This document shows positions 1 through 8,846 of a stretch of DNA of 22,929 bases, one piece after another. Made by a program: the position numbers and the translations under genes. Numbering within the stretch: position 1 is the stretch's first letter; each line of letters opens with the position of its first letter. The notes beneath the pieces are model-generated. The model did not search any database. It worked only from the letters and a program-made list of their open reading frames with translations, and was not told the DNA's origin. Origin of the DNA: Candidatus Micrarchaeota archaeon (GTDB lineage: Archaea > Micrarchaeota > Micrarchaeia > Norongarragalinales > SBBD01); the NCBI GenBank assembly GCA_043813365.1, contig JBDRLB010000075.1, positions 1-22,929 of the forward strand, in the 5' to 3' direction.

Positions 1-93
1 ATACGTGATTTGGAGGGAATCGCTTACCTTAATGCCGCTGGTCGAGTGGGACCAGTTCTCATAATATGCTATTGTGCGTATTTTTTCAGCCAT
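1..93 (-). CDS. 5' end of a hypothetical protein running off the left edge (MAEKIRTIAYYENWSHSTSGIKVSDSLQITY...)
   Basis: ATG at 93, preceded by GGGATTGAAA; frame stays open for 31 codons to the window edge; not in the ORF track. Confidence 0.55.
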   Translation of the reverse strand, partial: MAEKIRTIAYYENWSHSTSGIKVSDSLQITY

Positions 94-174
94 TTTCAAT
101 CCCATTTTTTGCAGGGAATACCCGTGCGACCAATAATATAAATGCGAGTGAATTTTTAAGAATGCCTTACCGGC

Positions 175-903
175 TCATTTCACATGAAAGCCGTGCCTCT
201 TTCCGCCTATTTGCAGGAAGCGCTTCACAATTGCGATTTTTTCGGGGGGTATGAAGTAAAACGGGATTTTCCCCGACTGCTTCCTGATTGCCTTGAACCT
301 GACGAATTTGCCCCCATTGATCGCGGCAGGCATGAGCAACCCCCTTGAAACAAGCGGCTTGAGAATTCCGGGCAAAATCTGCGGGCCAAGAAGCCGGATT
401 TGCTCGTCCTGTATTTCCATATAATTGAACCGCGATGCCCTAGGCGGAATGGCCCCTCGGCGTTCGTGGAAAATATCAACGCTAAATGCGTCCCTTATTG
501 CCCTTATGGGAAAAGTAAGCGCCCTTTTGAGGTGTCCTGAAGCCGGCGGTTTGGGAATTTCCTCTTGATTAGCTTGGGGGAAACGGCGCTCCAAGCTGCT
601 TATAGCCCGGCTTTCCGAGGGGAGGATATCGGAATACGTGTTCTTGGTCGGGCCTCCAAGGGAGCGCAAGTGGTTGAAAGTTCGGAGGAAAATGTCGCCA
701 ACAGCGGCGGGCTGCTGGATTTGCTGAGATTCGTAAATGTAATGCAATGAAACGATGCTTGAGGGAGGGATTTTTCCATCATTGGCGCTTTTTTCCAGTG
801 AGGAAAGCTCATCCATGGCGCGGGTATGCCTGAGCTTGCGGTTTACGGACTGGCCCAACGGAGAGATCCGCGTATTTTCTTGCGTTTCGGGTTCAGATGG
901 CAA
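175..903 (-). CDS. Hypothetical basic protein (orphan)
   Basis: 242-aa ORF with TTG start, co-oriented with its neighbours; no recognisable motif. Confidence 0.6.
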   Translation of the reverse strand: MPSEPETQENTRISPLGQSVNRKLRHTRAMDELSSLEKSANDGKIPPSSIVSLHYIYESQQIQQPAAVGDIFLRTFNHLRSLGGPTKNTYSDILPSESRAISSLERRFPQANQEEIPKPPASGHLKRALTFPIRAIRDAFSVDIFHERRGAIPPRASRFNYMEIQDEQIRLLGPQILPGILKPLVSRGLLMPAAINGGKFVRFKAIRKQSGKIPFYFIPPEKIAIVKRFLQIGGKRHGFHVK

Positions 904-972
904 CTGGGGTTCGCCTTTTTTCCTATATTGGAAGGCAGGCTTTATAATACTGGCTCAAGCGAAGGGGTTGCA

Positions 973-1293
973 TCAGATTTTTTTCCGCATTTCAAGGCTC
1001 TGGAGGTAGGTTTTGAGGCGCAGTATGCCATTTGCCTTTTCCAAGGACTCGGTGGCCATGCTGGAATTTGATTGAAGACCGTCGGGCGTGCCATTCTCAA
1101 CGGATTTAAGCGCATGGAGATGCAATCTCCTTGCATCGCGGTGATGGGTATTCAGAGTATGAAAAACATCCCCCAAGTTCTTTGCATCTGCAACTGTACG
1201 GCCATGCTCCCCGAATAAATCGCTGAGCTGCCGGTAGAGGTTGGAGTCCATCTCTAACCTAAGATTCTTGGAAAATTTCGTTTCAAGTTGCAT
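973..1293 (-). CDS. Hypothetical helical protein, 106 aa (MQLETKFSKNL...)
   Basis: 3' part of track ORF 973..1500. Start moved to ATG 1293 because the upstream part overlaps the 1311..1523 membrane gene. Confidence 0.6.
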   Translation of the reverse strand: MQLETKFSKNLRLEMDSNLYRQLSDLFGEHGRTVADAKNLGDVFHTLNTHHRDARRLHLHALKSVENGTPDGLQSNSSMATESLEKANGILRLKTYLQSLEMRKKI

Positions 1294-1310
1294 GGGAATT
1301 CCCAGCGGTA

Positions 1311-1523
1311 TTAGATGCGCTTCAGCATCATGGAGATGCCGAAGAATATGAGCAGGAGGGGCCAGAACGGGAAGGAGATTCCCTTTATGTAGCCAAGCTG
1401 CGACGCGAGCTCGAACATTCCCCAAGCTAGGAGGAACAGGCCGAACCAGAATCCGAAGCCGAACTTGTTTTCGCGGCACCACCACATCCCGCGCTTCCAT
1501 TGCATTTCATCGTTCTCTTTCAT
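1311..1523 (-). CDS. Small two-TM membrane protein (LiaF/DUF5668-like hairpin)
   Basis: FWFGLFLLAWG...FWPLLLIFFGISMM pattern; ATG 1523 preceded by AAGGGTGGT. Confidence 0.75.
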   Translation of the reverse strand: MKENDEMQWKRGMWWCRENKFGFGFWFGLFLLAWGMFELASQLGYIKGISFPFWPLLLIFFGISMMLKRI

Positions 1524-1556
1524 CTGAACCACCCTTGAATTCCATGAAGAAAAAAA

Positions 1557-2273
1557 TTATTTGCCAAGCCTGCTAATGTTGAACATCCAGATGCCCTTCT
1601 GCGCTTTAGGCAATCTCGTGTAATATAGCTGGATATCATGCAGGAGCATCGGCAGTTTTTCGCTTAAAGGGCCCTTGTGGCGCATGACCTGCTCTATGGT
1701 TTCGCCTGATATTTGGGATAATCCGCGCACATGGGCAAAGTGTTCACGAAGTAGTTTACGCATTTCCAGCAATTCGGATTCCTTGGGTTCGAAGGATAAG
1801 CCGGCGCCTATTCGACGGATGACCTCTCCGGCTGGCTGTTTTCCAACGGAGCGCAATAGTGCGGCAAGTTGCTGGGTGGAAGGGATTCCCTGCGTAACCA
1901 CCGTCAAAGGCAACTTTCCTTCACCAGTTGGCATTAAGATCGTATGCAATCGGGATGCGTCATCTTTGGCAGTTACATTTGTGATCAACTTCCTTCTTCC
2001 GAGAGCGCTCGTGATTCCCCCTACAAACCGCACATACATGCCATGGGTTGTGGGATCGCTATGTTTAAGGCGTTCAAATGTCACAGGAGGGCGCTTACTC
2101 AGCGTAGTTAAATGCTGATCCACTTGCCTCCTAAGGAAATTGATCTTCTCCTGCTCATGTGGAGGCAAATGGCTGAAATCAGCCCGTTTCAGCTGACGTT
2201 GCAGCTTCCCCAGTTCTTCCTCCACCTTTCCGCTTGAGTTCATTTTTTCCATAAATATCGGAAGAATACTCAT
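1557..2273 (-). CDS. Hypothetical protein (orphan)
   Basis: 238-aa ORF with protein-like composition, followed by a T-run on the coding strand. Start may be a few codons later. Confidence 0.65.
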   Translation of the reverse strand: MSILPIFMEKMNSSGKVEEELGKLQRQLKRADFSHLPPHEQEKINFLRRQVDQHLTTLSKRPPVTFERLKHSDPTTHGMYVRFVGGITSALGRRKLITNVTAKDDASRLHTILMPTGEGKLPLTVVTQGIPSTQQLAALLRSVGKQPAGEVIRRIGAGLSFEPKESELLEMRKLLREHFAHVRGLSQISGETIEQVMRHKGPLSEKLPMLLHDIQLYYTRLPKAQKGIWMFNISRLGK

Positions 2274-2306
2274 TGAGCAGGAATAAAATGGTTTGTATGG
2301 GGGGGT

Positions 2307-2747
2307 TCATTTCCTGCGGTATCTTTCCCTCGTCTGGGCGCTTATCCGGTTTACCTCGTTCACAATCCTCGCCTGTTCTGCATCCGACATCTTCAGGAAA
2401 TGCGAATGCACTTTATCCAATGCCGCAATGATTGGGTCGTGAAGCCCGGCTCGATCCTTCTTTCTTATGGTTCTCATCGAGCCGATTGAAAGGTCGCGCT
2501 GCCTTCTTGAGGCTGCTGCAATTAATTTGGCGATAGAGGCCCCTAGCTCCGGCGGCAAAGCATGCGCTTCCGACAAATAGCTCATCCTCCGGATAAGCGC
2601 GCCTGCCGGATGGCTTTCAAATGTTTTTCCAAGGAGTTCCTTGTTAGAAGGGGATTCGGCAGCAGTCAATGGCTTTGACTTCAATGTTCCCCGATCCAAT
2701 GCAAGGATCCTTTCAAGGCTCATTCTCGAATTGAACGGATTTCCCAT
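2307..2747 (-). CDS. Hypothetical basic helical protein (orphan)
   Basis: 146-aa ORF; GGTGGAAAA immediately before the ATG. Confidence 0.7.
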   Translation of the reverse strand: MGNPFNSRMSLERILALDRGTLKSKPLTAAESPSNKELLGKTFESHPAGALIRRMSYLSEAHALPPELGASIAKLIAAASRRQRDLSIGSMRTIRKKDRAGLHDPIIAALDKVHSHFLKMSDAEQARIVNEVNRISAQTRERYRRK

Positions 2748-2819
2748 TTTTCCACCATTGGAGTTTTAGAAAATAGTGTTATTTAAACGGATGGGAAGGG
2801 AAAATGCTGGCGTGATGGA

Positions 2820-3263
2820 TCAGCCGGTGGAAAGGCCGAAGAACTCCACGCCGAGGTAGAGGAACGCCGCGACTTTTATCATCCGGGCAACGAGCGCCCA
2901 CACGAAGAAGCGGTAGAAGTCCATCCTCAGTGCGCCAGCAACGATCAGCAGGGGGTCGCCAACGAAAGGCACCCAAGGGGCGAAAAGAAGAACCGAAAAA
3001 CCATATTTGTTTATTAGATTCTCCGCGCGCTTCTCCGATTTCGGGTCGCGTTTTGCAAGCCAATTGTGGATGCCCTTAAAGCCGATGTAATAATTGGAGA
3101 TTGAGCCGATCATCGCTCCGATGACGGCGATTATGAAAACATCAATGGGGCCCATGACTTTCAATGAAAGCAGGATCGCGGGCTCCGAGGGAAGGGGCAC
3201 GATGGAAGCGGATAGTATGGTTGCAATGAACAGGTTTATGTGCCAGATTGATATGCCTAACAC
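2820..3263 (-). CDS. YqaA/DedA-family (VTT domain) membrane protein
   Basis: SASIVPLPSE, GAMIGSISNYYIG, KYG...PWVPFVGDPL...AGALRM motifs; TATA-like TTTTATA about 50 nt upstream. Confidence 0.9.
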   Translation of the reverse strand: MLGISIWHINLFIATILSASIVPLPSEPAILLSLKVMGPIDVFIIAVIGAMIGSISNYYIGFKGIHNWLAKRDPKSEKRAENLINKYGFSVLLFAPWVPFVGDPLLIVAGALRMDFYRFFVWALVARMIKVAAFLYLGVEFFGLSTG

Positions 3264-3331
3264 GGTTTCAGGACCTCGAAAAGCTTCTCATTTAGTTATT
3301 TCGTTCCCGTATAAAAACGCATTGCAAGCGC

Positions 3332-4213
3332 TCATTTGAATCCTGCTGAAAGCACCTTTGCCATCCGGACGCCCAGCTCGAGATTATGCATTGAAAGGGG
3401 CTCTATGTTGAGGCCTAGGGGGATATCAAGGGAGTTTTGCTCGCAATGGCCAAGGATGTCGCTGAACAGGCTTTTCGCAATTCGAATGGATTTCTCACCC
3501 GTCTGGGAAGAATTTTCCAGAAGAATGCGCTCAATATCTGCGGGAATGGCCGCGCCAAGCCACTTGCAGAACTCAAGGTCGTAGGAGTCTGCAATGGGCG
3601 CAAAACTGAGGAAATAAGAGGAGGGTTCGATGTTCCCCTTCCTGCATTCCTCGCCGTATTCCGAAAGCAGGGATTTGACGGATTCCGCCTCGAAAAGCAC
3701 CTGGGTGGTGAAAAAGGAGCATTTCGCAATGGATTTGTCCAAGAGGCGCCTGCATTCGTTTTCCCGGGAAGGGATGGAGATGTTGCCTACCTCGATAGGG
3801 TATTTGGAAGAGGCAAGCTCATTGGCAGCGATTACAGATGGACCCGAATAGTCGATTGAGCTGTTTGAGCCGCCGACGAATACGATGGATCTTATCCCAT
3901 AAGCAGTGACGGTTTCATTTAGCCATTGCAGGAATTCGGGCTCGCCCTTGAAATGGGGAGTGATCTTATTGACAACGATTTCCTTTTGCATTTTTTTGGA
4001 AAGAAGGGAACCGAATTCGCGGTTGTCCATGTTCCGGAAAAGCGGCTTTCCCAAGCGATTTTCCTCGACGACTTCCGGGACGTTGATGTACTTTACAAAA
4101 TCAAGCGGCGCGATGGCCGAACTGATCCTTTCAATGTTTTTCTCAACCGTTGCGGCTGAGGCGCGGCGCGGCGGCGGAGTGACTTCAAACATCATGTCAA
4201 TTTCCTGCGCCAT
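3332..4213 (-). CDS. Methylenetetrahydrofolate reductase-fold protein, most like the flavin-independent mycobacterial type
   Basis: N-terminal FEVTPP, INVPE, IVFVGG, IPSRENECRRL, FFTTQVLF, FLSFAP and WLG motifs; last gene of the met operon, 5 nt after the metE catalytic subunit. Confidence 0.8.
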   Translation of the reverse strand: MAQEIDMMFEVTPPPRRASAATVEKNIERISSAIAPLDFVKYINVPEVVEENRLGKPLFRNMDNREFGSLLSKKMQKEIVVNKITPHFKGEPEFLQWLNETVTAYGIRSIVFVGGSNSSIDYSGPSVIAANELASSKYPIEVGNISIPSRENECRRLLDKSIAKCSFFTTQVLFEAESVKSLLSEYGEECRKGNIEPSSYFLSFAPIADSYDLEFCKWLGAAIPADIERILLENSSQTGEKSIRIAKSLFSDILGHCEQNSLDIPLGLNIEPLSMHNLELGVRMAKVLSAGFK

Positions 4214-4218
4214 GCACT

Positions 4219-5403
4219 TTACCTCTCGAATTCCTTTCTTGCAAGTTCCGCGCCCTTGACCATGTTAACCAGTTTTTCGTAAGCTACGGGCCATTGCCTC
4301 GTGCGGAGGCCGCAATCGGGGTTAACTTGGACGCGTGCGGGGTCGCCAACAAGCTTTGTTGCATAAAGCAGCCGGTCCCGGATCACTTCAGGCGACTCGA
4401 TCACATTCGAGTGGATGTCCACAACACCGACACCCACATTCACATCCATCTTGTACTCGTTGAAAAGCTCGATGATTTTGTACGCCTCGGGCGAAACCTG
4501 CTCTGGGCTGAAATGGGTTGGGGAAGCATGGTTCGTGAATTCTATCAGGTAGGAATCTGCCTTGCATTCTGCCAAATAAGGGAAGAGCGCTGGGTAGTTG
4601 CTGTAGCATAGGTGTATCGCCTTTTCCACCGAATCGGGAATGCCCTTGAAGGATTCGTTCATAGATCGCACGAATGCCTCGGACTCATATTCCTTGGTTG
4701 TCGCGGCTGGCTCGTCAAGCTGGATCACCGTCGCGCCTTTTTTTGCAAGGGATTTTATGATGGGATTATGCACCTTGGCAGCGAATTCTATGATCGCATC
4801 CTCGCGGCTGTGCTTCAATGCTTCGAAGGGGGATTCGCCCTTCCCTTCCCGGGTATTGCGGTGGTACTCAATATACGACCAGTCGGCCATTGTGTAGGGA
4901 CCCGAAAAGCATGGCTTTACTATGCGGTCCGAATGCTTTGCTACAAATTCGAATGAAGTGTCGAAGAACTCGATGCCCTCGGGCTTTACTGAAAGTTCCC
5001 CGTCAATGATGCCTTTCTTGAAATAGTTCGCATCGAAGGAATTCAGCGTGCCTGCAGTGCGGATGCCGTTTGTTCGGCGCGCGACGGTATCATACATTTC
5101 GGTACCGGGATTCTCGCCGTTGAAAATGCGGTCAAGCCCTGCAGTTTCGAGCATGCGGATTACGTAGATGGTGGCGATGTCGATGATGCGATTTTTTTCC
5201 TCGGGAGTCCGTTTCTTGCCGTCCTTCTGCAGGAGGCCCGTGCCTTCCTTGTTTGCAAGCTCTATCCTCTCATTTACTTGCAACTTTTCCCCCCATTCAT
5301 GGGCGGATGCTATCCACTCCTTGTTCACTGGAGCGTCAAGCTTCTGGCGCCAGATGGGCCTTTGGATGCTTCCGATCTCCTGCGTCATGAATATTTTTTT
5401 CAT
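4219..5403 (-). CDS. metE: Cobalamin-independent methionine synthase, Zn-binding catalytic subunit (split MetE C-half)
   Basis: TQEIGS, GPYT, IQLDEPA, HLCY (His/Cys), LIEF (Glu), GVVDIHS and VNPDCGLRTR (Cys); ATGA overlap with the upstream subunit. Confidence 0.92.
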   Translation of the reverse strand: MKKIFMTQEIGSIQRPIWRQKLDAPVNKEWIASAHEWGEKLQVNERIELANKEGTGLLQKDGKKRTPEEKNRIIDIATIYVIRMLETAGLDRIFNGENPGTEMYDTVARRTNGIRTAGTLNSFDANYFKKGIIDGELSVKPEGIEFFDTSFEFVAKHSDRIVKPCFSGPYTMADWSYIEYHRNTREGKGESPFEALKHSREDAIIEFAAKVHNPIIKSLAKKGATVIQLDEPAATTKEYESEAFVRSMNESFKGIPDSVEKAIHLCYSNYPALFPYLAECKADSYLIEFTNHASPTHFSPEQVSPEAYKIIELFNEYKMDVNVGVGVVDIHSNVIESPEVIRDRLLYATKLVGDPARVQVNPDCGLRTRQWPVAYEKLVNMVKGAELARKEFER

Positions 5404-6362
5404 TTCAGCTTTCCTATTAGGGATGATAGCGACCTGATCTTCTCCAATGCGAAATTGAATGGCACGTCGTAAAGCCGGTCGGTGGTGCCGGCGTAATAAT
5501 TGCCGGAAAATTCAGCCTTTTCGAGGAAGGGCTGCAGGCTCGACTTGATTTCCTCAGCGGTTTCAGTTTTCGCGCGCACGCCGTCAACAATGCCGAAAAG
5601 AAGGTCCTTCGTAGTTAATATTTTTTCAGAGGTATAAATGCAGTCAATGCCGATGAAATCAATTGGTGTGTTTTCGAGCATTGGTGCCACTTCTGAAGCG
5701 TCGCACAGCGGGAGATGCACTCCCAAGGCGAATCCCTCCTTCTTGAATTCGCCCAAAACTTCCTTGTACCATTCCTCCATGCGCAGCTTTTTTTTTGATT
5801 GGTCGTAGCCGATGGATGGCTCCAATAGGAGGATGCAGGAATAGCCGTGATTTTTTAACGAGGGGAGATTCTTTGCAACTGCTTTTGCGTAATCAAGTGC
5901 AAGCTGTTTTTCATCGTTGTAATAGGTGTCGACAACCATTCTTGAAAAGGAATACGGCCCCAATATCAAAAGCATCCCGTTCCCGCCCAATTTCGGGAGA
6001 GCCTGCACAAGTTCATTCCCAACGCAATCAATTTTCCCGGCAACAGTGGGCATCCTGTAGAATGAGTTCGTCCGGAACCACCTTGTAACGGGGCCGATTG
6101 CATCCTCGCCGGGGGAATCCCGTTTGGAGAAGCCGGCGAAGGAATGCGCCAAGGGCCTCAGGAGATCCAGCCAATCGGGCTGCCCGCCTGAAATGAATGC
6201 GAAATTTTCCTGCGCTTTTATGTATGCATCCGCGTCCTCTCCGCAATTTTTACGGAAATCCTCGAAGGGGCCGTTTCCGTCGCGGAATAGCCTATGCGCT
6301 GCTGCTGTTTTTTCCGAGCGTGTTGTTTGGCCGCATATCGCAGCCCCTAAATATTTTGGCAA
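5400..6362 (-). CDS. MetE N-terminal-half-like (folate-binding, non-catalytic) subunit of a split methionine synthase
   Basis: SGGQ..W.D..RP, TRWFRTNSFYRMP, GPYSF, LLEPS and GIVDG; lacks the HxC and PDCG Zn ligands. TTG start at 6362 after GGTGGGA removes the overlap with mat. Confidence 0.8.
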   Translation of the reverse strand: MPKYLGAAICGQTTRSEKTAAAHRLFRDGNGPFEDFRKNCGEDADAYIKAQENFAFISGGQPDWLDLLRPLAHSFAGFSKRDSPGEDAIGPVTRWFRTNSFYRMPTVAGKIDCVGNELVQALPKLGGNGMLLILGPYSFSRMVVDTYYNDEKQLALDYAKAVAKNLPSLKNHGYSCILLLEPSIGYDQSKKKLRMEEWYKEVLGEFKKEGFALGVHLPLCDASEVAPMLENTPIDFIGIDCIYTSEKILTTKDLLFGIVDGVRAKTETAEEIKSSLQPFLEKAEFSGNYYAGTTDRLYDVPFNFALEKIRSLSSLIGKLK

Positions 6363-6378
6363 TATTCCCACCCTAAGA

Positions 6379-7566
6379 TCAAAAGACAGTAACCTTCTTA
6401 TCAATTATCATTTTTGTCAGGTCCGATATATGCTCCAAGTGATGGTCTACAAGGTCGTGCACGTCCCTTTGGATTTTCCCAAAATCCTGCCCATTGCCGT
6501 CTGTCTTAAGGCGGACGTCCGCCATTTTGGGCTGGTCCACCGGCTGCCCGATCTGCGAGAGCATGTAAATTTCGCAATTCTTTACCTCGGGGTGCTTTTT
6601 CACTATCTCATTTGCGATGTAGAATGATGCGACATTGTAGATTTTCCCGATATGCGTGACGGGGTTCTTGCCTGCGGCCGCTTCCAATGACATGGGCCTG
6701 AAGGGCGTTATCAATCCGTTGACGCGGTTGCCCCTGCCGACGCTGCCGGGGTCGCCTGCCTCCGCGGACGAGCCTATTGCTGTAAGGTATACGGATTGGG
6801 TCGCGTAATTGTCGCCGGTATTCACGTGGATTTCAATCCCGCCATCGCCAACGGCCTTATGCGCCTCCTCCTTGATTTTCAGGATGGTTTCCTTGTACTG
6901 CTCGAGCCCGGATACATATTTGCTGACGATTGCGCATGCGACGGTGATTTTTTCCTTCGTCCCTTCGCGAAGGCCCATTACCTTTATGTCTTCCCCTATT
7001 GCAGGGATCCTTTTTTTCAGTTCGTCCGAATTGAGGTGCCTCTCTATTTTGAGGACTTTTTGCTCAATGGGAGAAAGCGGCGCATATCCGCAACCGAAAG
7101 ACGTGTCGTTGCTGCTCTTCTTCCCCTTCCGTCCGAAAATGTCAGCAAGGTCAACGGATCCGCGGACTATGCGGGAATCAAGCGTAACATCGTTTTCAAC
7201 GTCAACATACCGGAGAGCGGTTTTCATGTAATCCTTTGCGGCCTTAATTGCAACGTGGGGCACATTGATCTCGAAATCCCTTGTCTTGTAGGTGGCATTT
7301 CCGCTCAGCACGATGTGGATCGGCCGTATTATCCTGCCTTCCCCGAACTTCGCTTCGGATTCACCCGCATTGAGAAGCACCTTATCGGTGTTGTGGTGGA
7401 GTATCGAGCCGCATTCCTTTATGTATTCCCTGCAGAGAGCGATGCTTACCTCCTCCGCAATCCCGTCGCAGATGGAGTCCGGGTGGCCTAGCCCTTTGCG
7501 CTCCACAATCTCCACATTCCCTATGTCCTTCGCGGTATGCTCCACATTAATGTTCCGGCTTGCCAT
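6379..7566 (-). CDS. mat: S-adenosylmethionine synthetase, archaeal type
   Basis: ERKGLGHPDSICD, NDTSFGCG, GEDIKVMG and GRGNRVNGLITPFRPMSLEAAAGKNPVTHIGKIYN; ATG 7566 after AAAGGTGGGA. Confidence 0.97.
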   Translation of the reverse strand: MASRNINVEHTAKDIGNVEIVERKGLGHPDSICDGIAEEVSIALCREYIKECGSILHHNTDKVLLNAGESEAKFGEGRIIRPIHIVLSGNATYKTRDFEINVPHVAIKAAKDYMKTALRYVDVENDVTLDSRIVRGSVDLADIFGRKGKKSSNDTSFGCGYAPLSPIEQKVLKIERHLNSDELKKRIPAIGEDIKVMGLREGTKEKITVACAIVSKYVSGLEQYKETILKIKEEAHKAVGDGGIEIHVNTGDNYATQSVYLTAIGSSAEAGDPGSVGRGNRVNGLITPFRPMSLEAAAGKNPVTHIGKIYNVASFYIANEIVKKHPEVKNCEIYMLSQIGQPVDQPKMADVRLKTDGNGQDFGKIQRDVHDLVDHHLEHISDLTKMIIDKKVTVF

Positions 7567-7581
7567 AGTTCCCACCTTTAA

Positions 7582-7664
7582 TATTCTTTTCGGAATAGTA
7601 CATAATGCCTCTTAAAAAAGGATCGTTTTATTCCATTTTTGAAAATATTATTCTAATAGGAATA
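7582..7664. promoter_or_regulatory. Two palindromic operator-like sites TATTC-N6-GAATA in the mat / HTH-CBS divergent promoter
   Basis: 7582-7597 TATTCttttcgGAATA and 7649-7664 TATTCtaatagGAATA; a degenerate third copy starts at 7629. Confidence 0.6.
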
Positions 7665-7693
7665 TTTATTAAGGAAGAGGGGCTGATTGAAGC

Positions 7694-8248
7694 ATGTTCC
7701 CGGAACTGTCGCAAATCGGAAGGCTTCGGAGGAGGCTTGGGCTCACGCAGGGGAAGCTGTCGGAAATTTCGGGCGTATCGCAATCCTCAATCGCAAAGCT
7801 GGAGATGGGAAAGCTGGATCCGTCATTCTCCAATGCGAAAAAATTATTCGAGGCACTCGATAATTTGCAAAGGAAGGAAGGCAAAACCGCGGAGGATATC
7901 ATGCACCGCCACACCTATTCTGTAAGGGGCAGCCAGAAGCTTGGGAGCGCGGTAGCGATGATGAGGCAAAACGGGATTTCGCAGCTCCCCGTGCTGGATT
8001 CGCACGGAAAAATAATAGGAAGCATTTCCGAAAAAGGCGTCCTTTCAAGAATCGACGAGGAGCCCGATTTTAATATTGGAAAATCAAGGGTTTCGGATGT
8101 GATGGAGGATGCATTCCCAACTGTGGGCGGGCACACTCCGCTGCAGACGATTTCGCACATCCTGCGGGATTCGCTGGCGGTGCTGGTGATGAAGGGCAAC
8201 CGGATTGAGGGGATAATCACAAAATCGGATTTGTTGGGGAATGCCTGA
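7694..8248 (+). CDS. XRE-HTH transcriptional regulator with a C-terminal CBS pair (COG3620-like)
   Basis: LRRRLGLTQGKLSEISGVSQSSIAKLEMGKLDPS HTH; ISQLPV...IGSISE and GIITKSD CBS motifs. Confidence 0.93.
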   Translation: MFPELSQIGRLRRRLGLTQGKLSEISGVSQSSIAKLEMGKLDPSFSNAKKLFEALDNLQRKEGKTAEDIMHRHTYSVRGSQKLGSAVAMMRQNGISQLPVLDSHGKIIGSISEKGVLSRIDEEPDFNIGKSRVSDVMEDAFPTVGGHTPLQTISHILRDSLAVLVMKGNRIEGIITKSDLLGNA

Positions 8249-8253
8249 TTTTC

Positions 8254-8778
8254 CTATTTTTTCGAGGCAACGATCTCATATGCAAGGTCCCATGCGAGGA
8301 ATGCGATGAAATGCCATGACGTTATCGCGCCGAAAAAGGCAGCCGCGAACATCCCCAATTTAAGCGTCATCCTCCGGAGGAAGAACCATTGGATAAGCCC
8401 GTCACGGATTTTTGGGACCCTTTCATGGCCGAATTCGTCCAGGAAACCGCAAACACCCAATGAAATTGGGAGGGCGATGATTGCAAGGAAATCATCATAG
8501 AGTATTCTGGAGAGCAAGCCGCCGCCGGCAATAAGGATGCCGATCAGCCACGGGAGCGCATCCACCTTTCCCCCGAAAATAACCCCGAGGAGTATTGCTG
8601 TGAATATTATTGCAGAACCCTCATCAACTGCGATGAGATATCCCATAAGGAAGGAAGCTACAACTGCAAGGAAAATCGGCTCGAGCTCGCTGCGCTTCTC
8701 ATTTTCGTCCTCCAAACGGTCTATAAGCGCGACCATCCCCCCTATAAGGCCGTATGCGGCAACAAGAATCAGGCTCAT
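8254..8778 (-). CDS. Uncharacterised multi-pass membrane protein
   Basis: About five or six hydrophobic segments with charged motifs (DRLED, GKVD, DEFGHE, WDLAYE). Start likely ATG 8778; the track uses 8826. Confidence 0.75.
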   Translation of the reverse strand: MSLILVAAYGLIGGMVALIDRLEDENEKRSELEPIFLAVVASFLMGYLIAVDEGSAIIFTAILLGVIFGGKVDALPWLIGILIAGGGLLSRILYDDFLAIIALPISLGVCGFLDEFGHERVPKIRDGLIQWFFLRRMTLKLGMFAAAFFGAITSWHFIAFLAWDLAYEIVASKK

Positions 8779-8846
8779 AGTGAGAGAAAGAATTCGCGCT
8801 TTATTAGGGTTTTGATGGCGACGCAATTAATCCTTTTTTTAAAAAT

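Noticed and set aside
1294..1500. N-terminal extension of track ORF 973..1500
   Set aside because: Overlaps the better-supported small membrane gene in another frame.
6363..6404. 26-nt overlap between mat and the MetE N-subunit
   Set aside because: Artefact of longest-ORF calling; TTG at 6362 has a proper RBS and removes the overlap.
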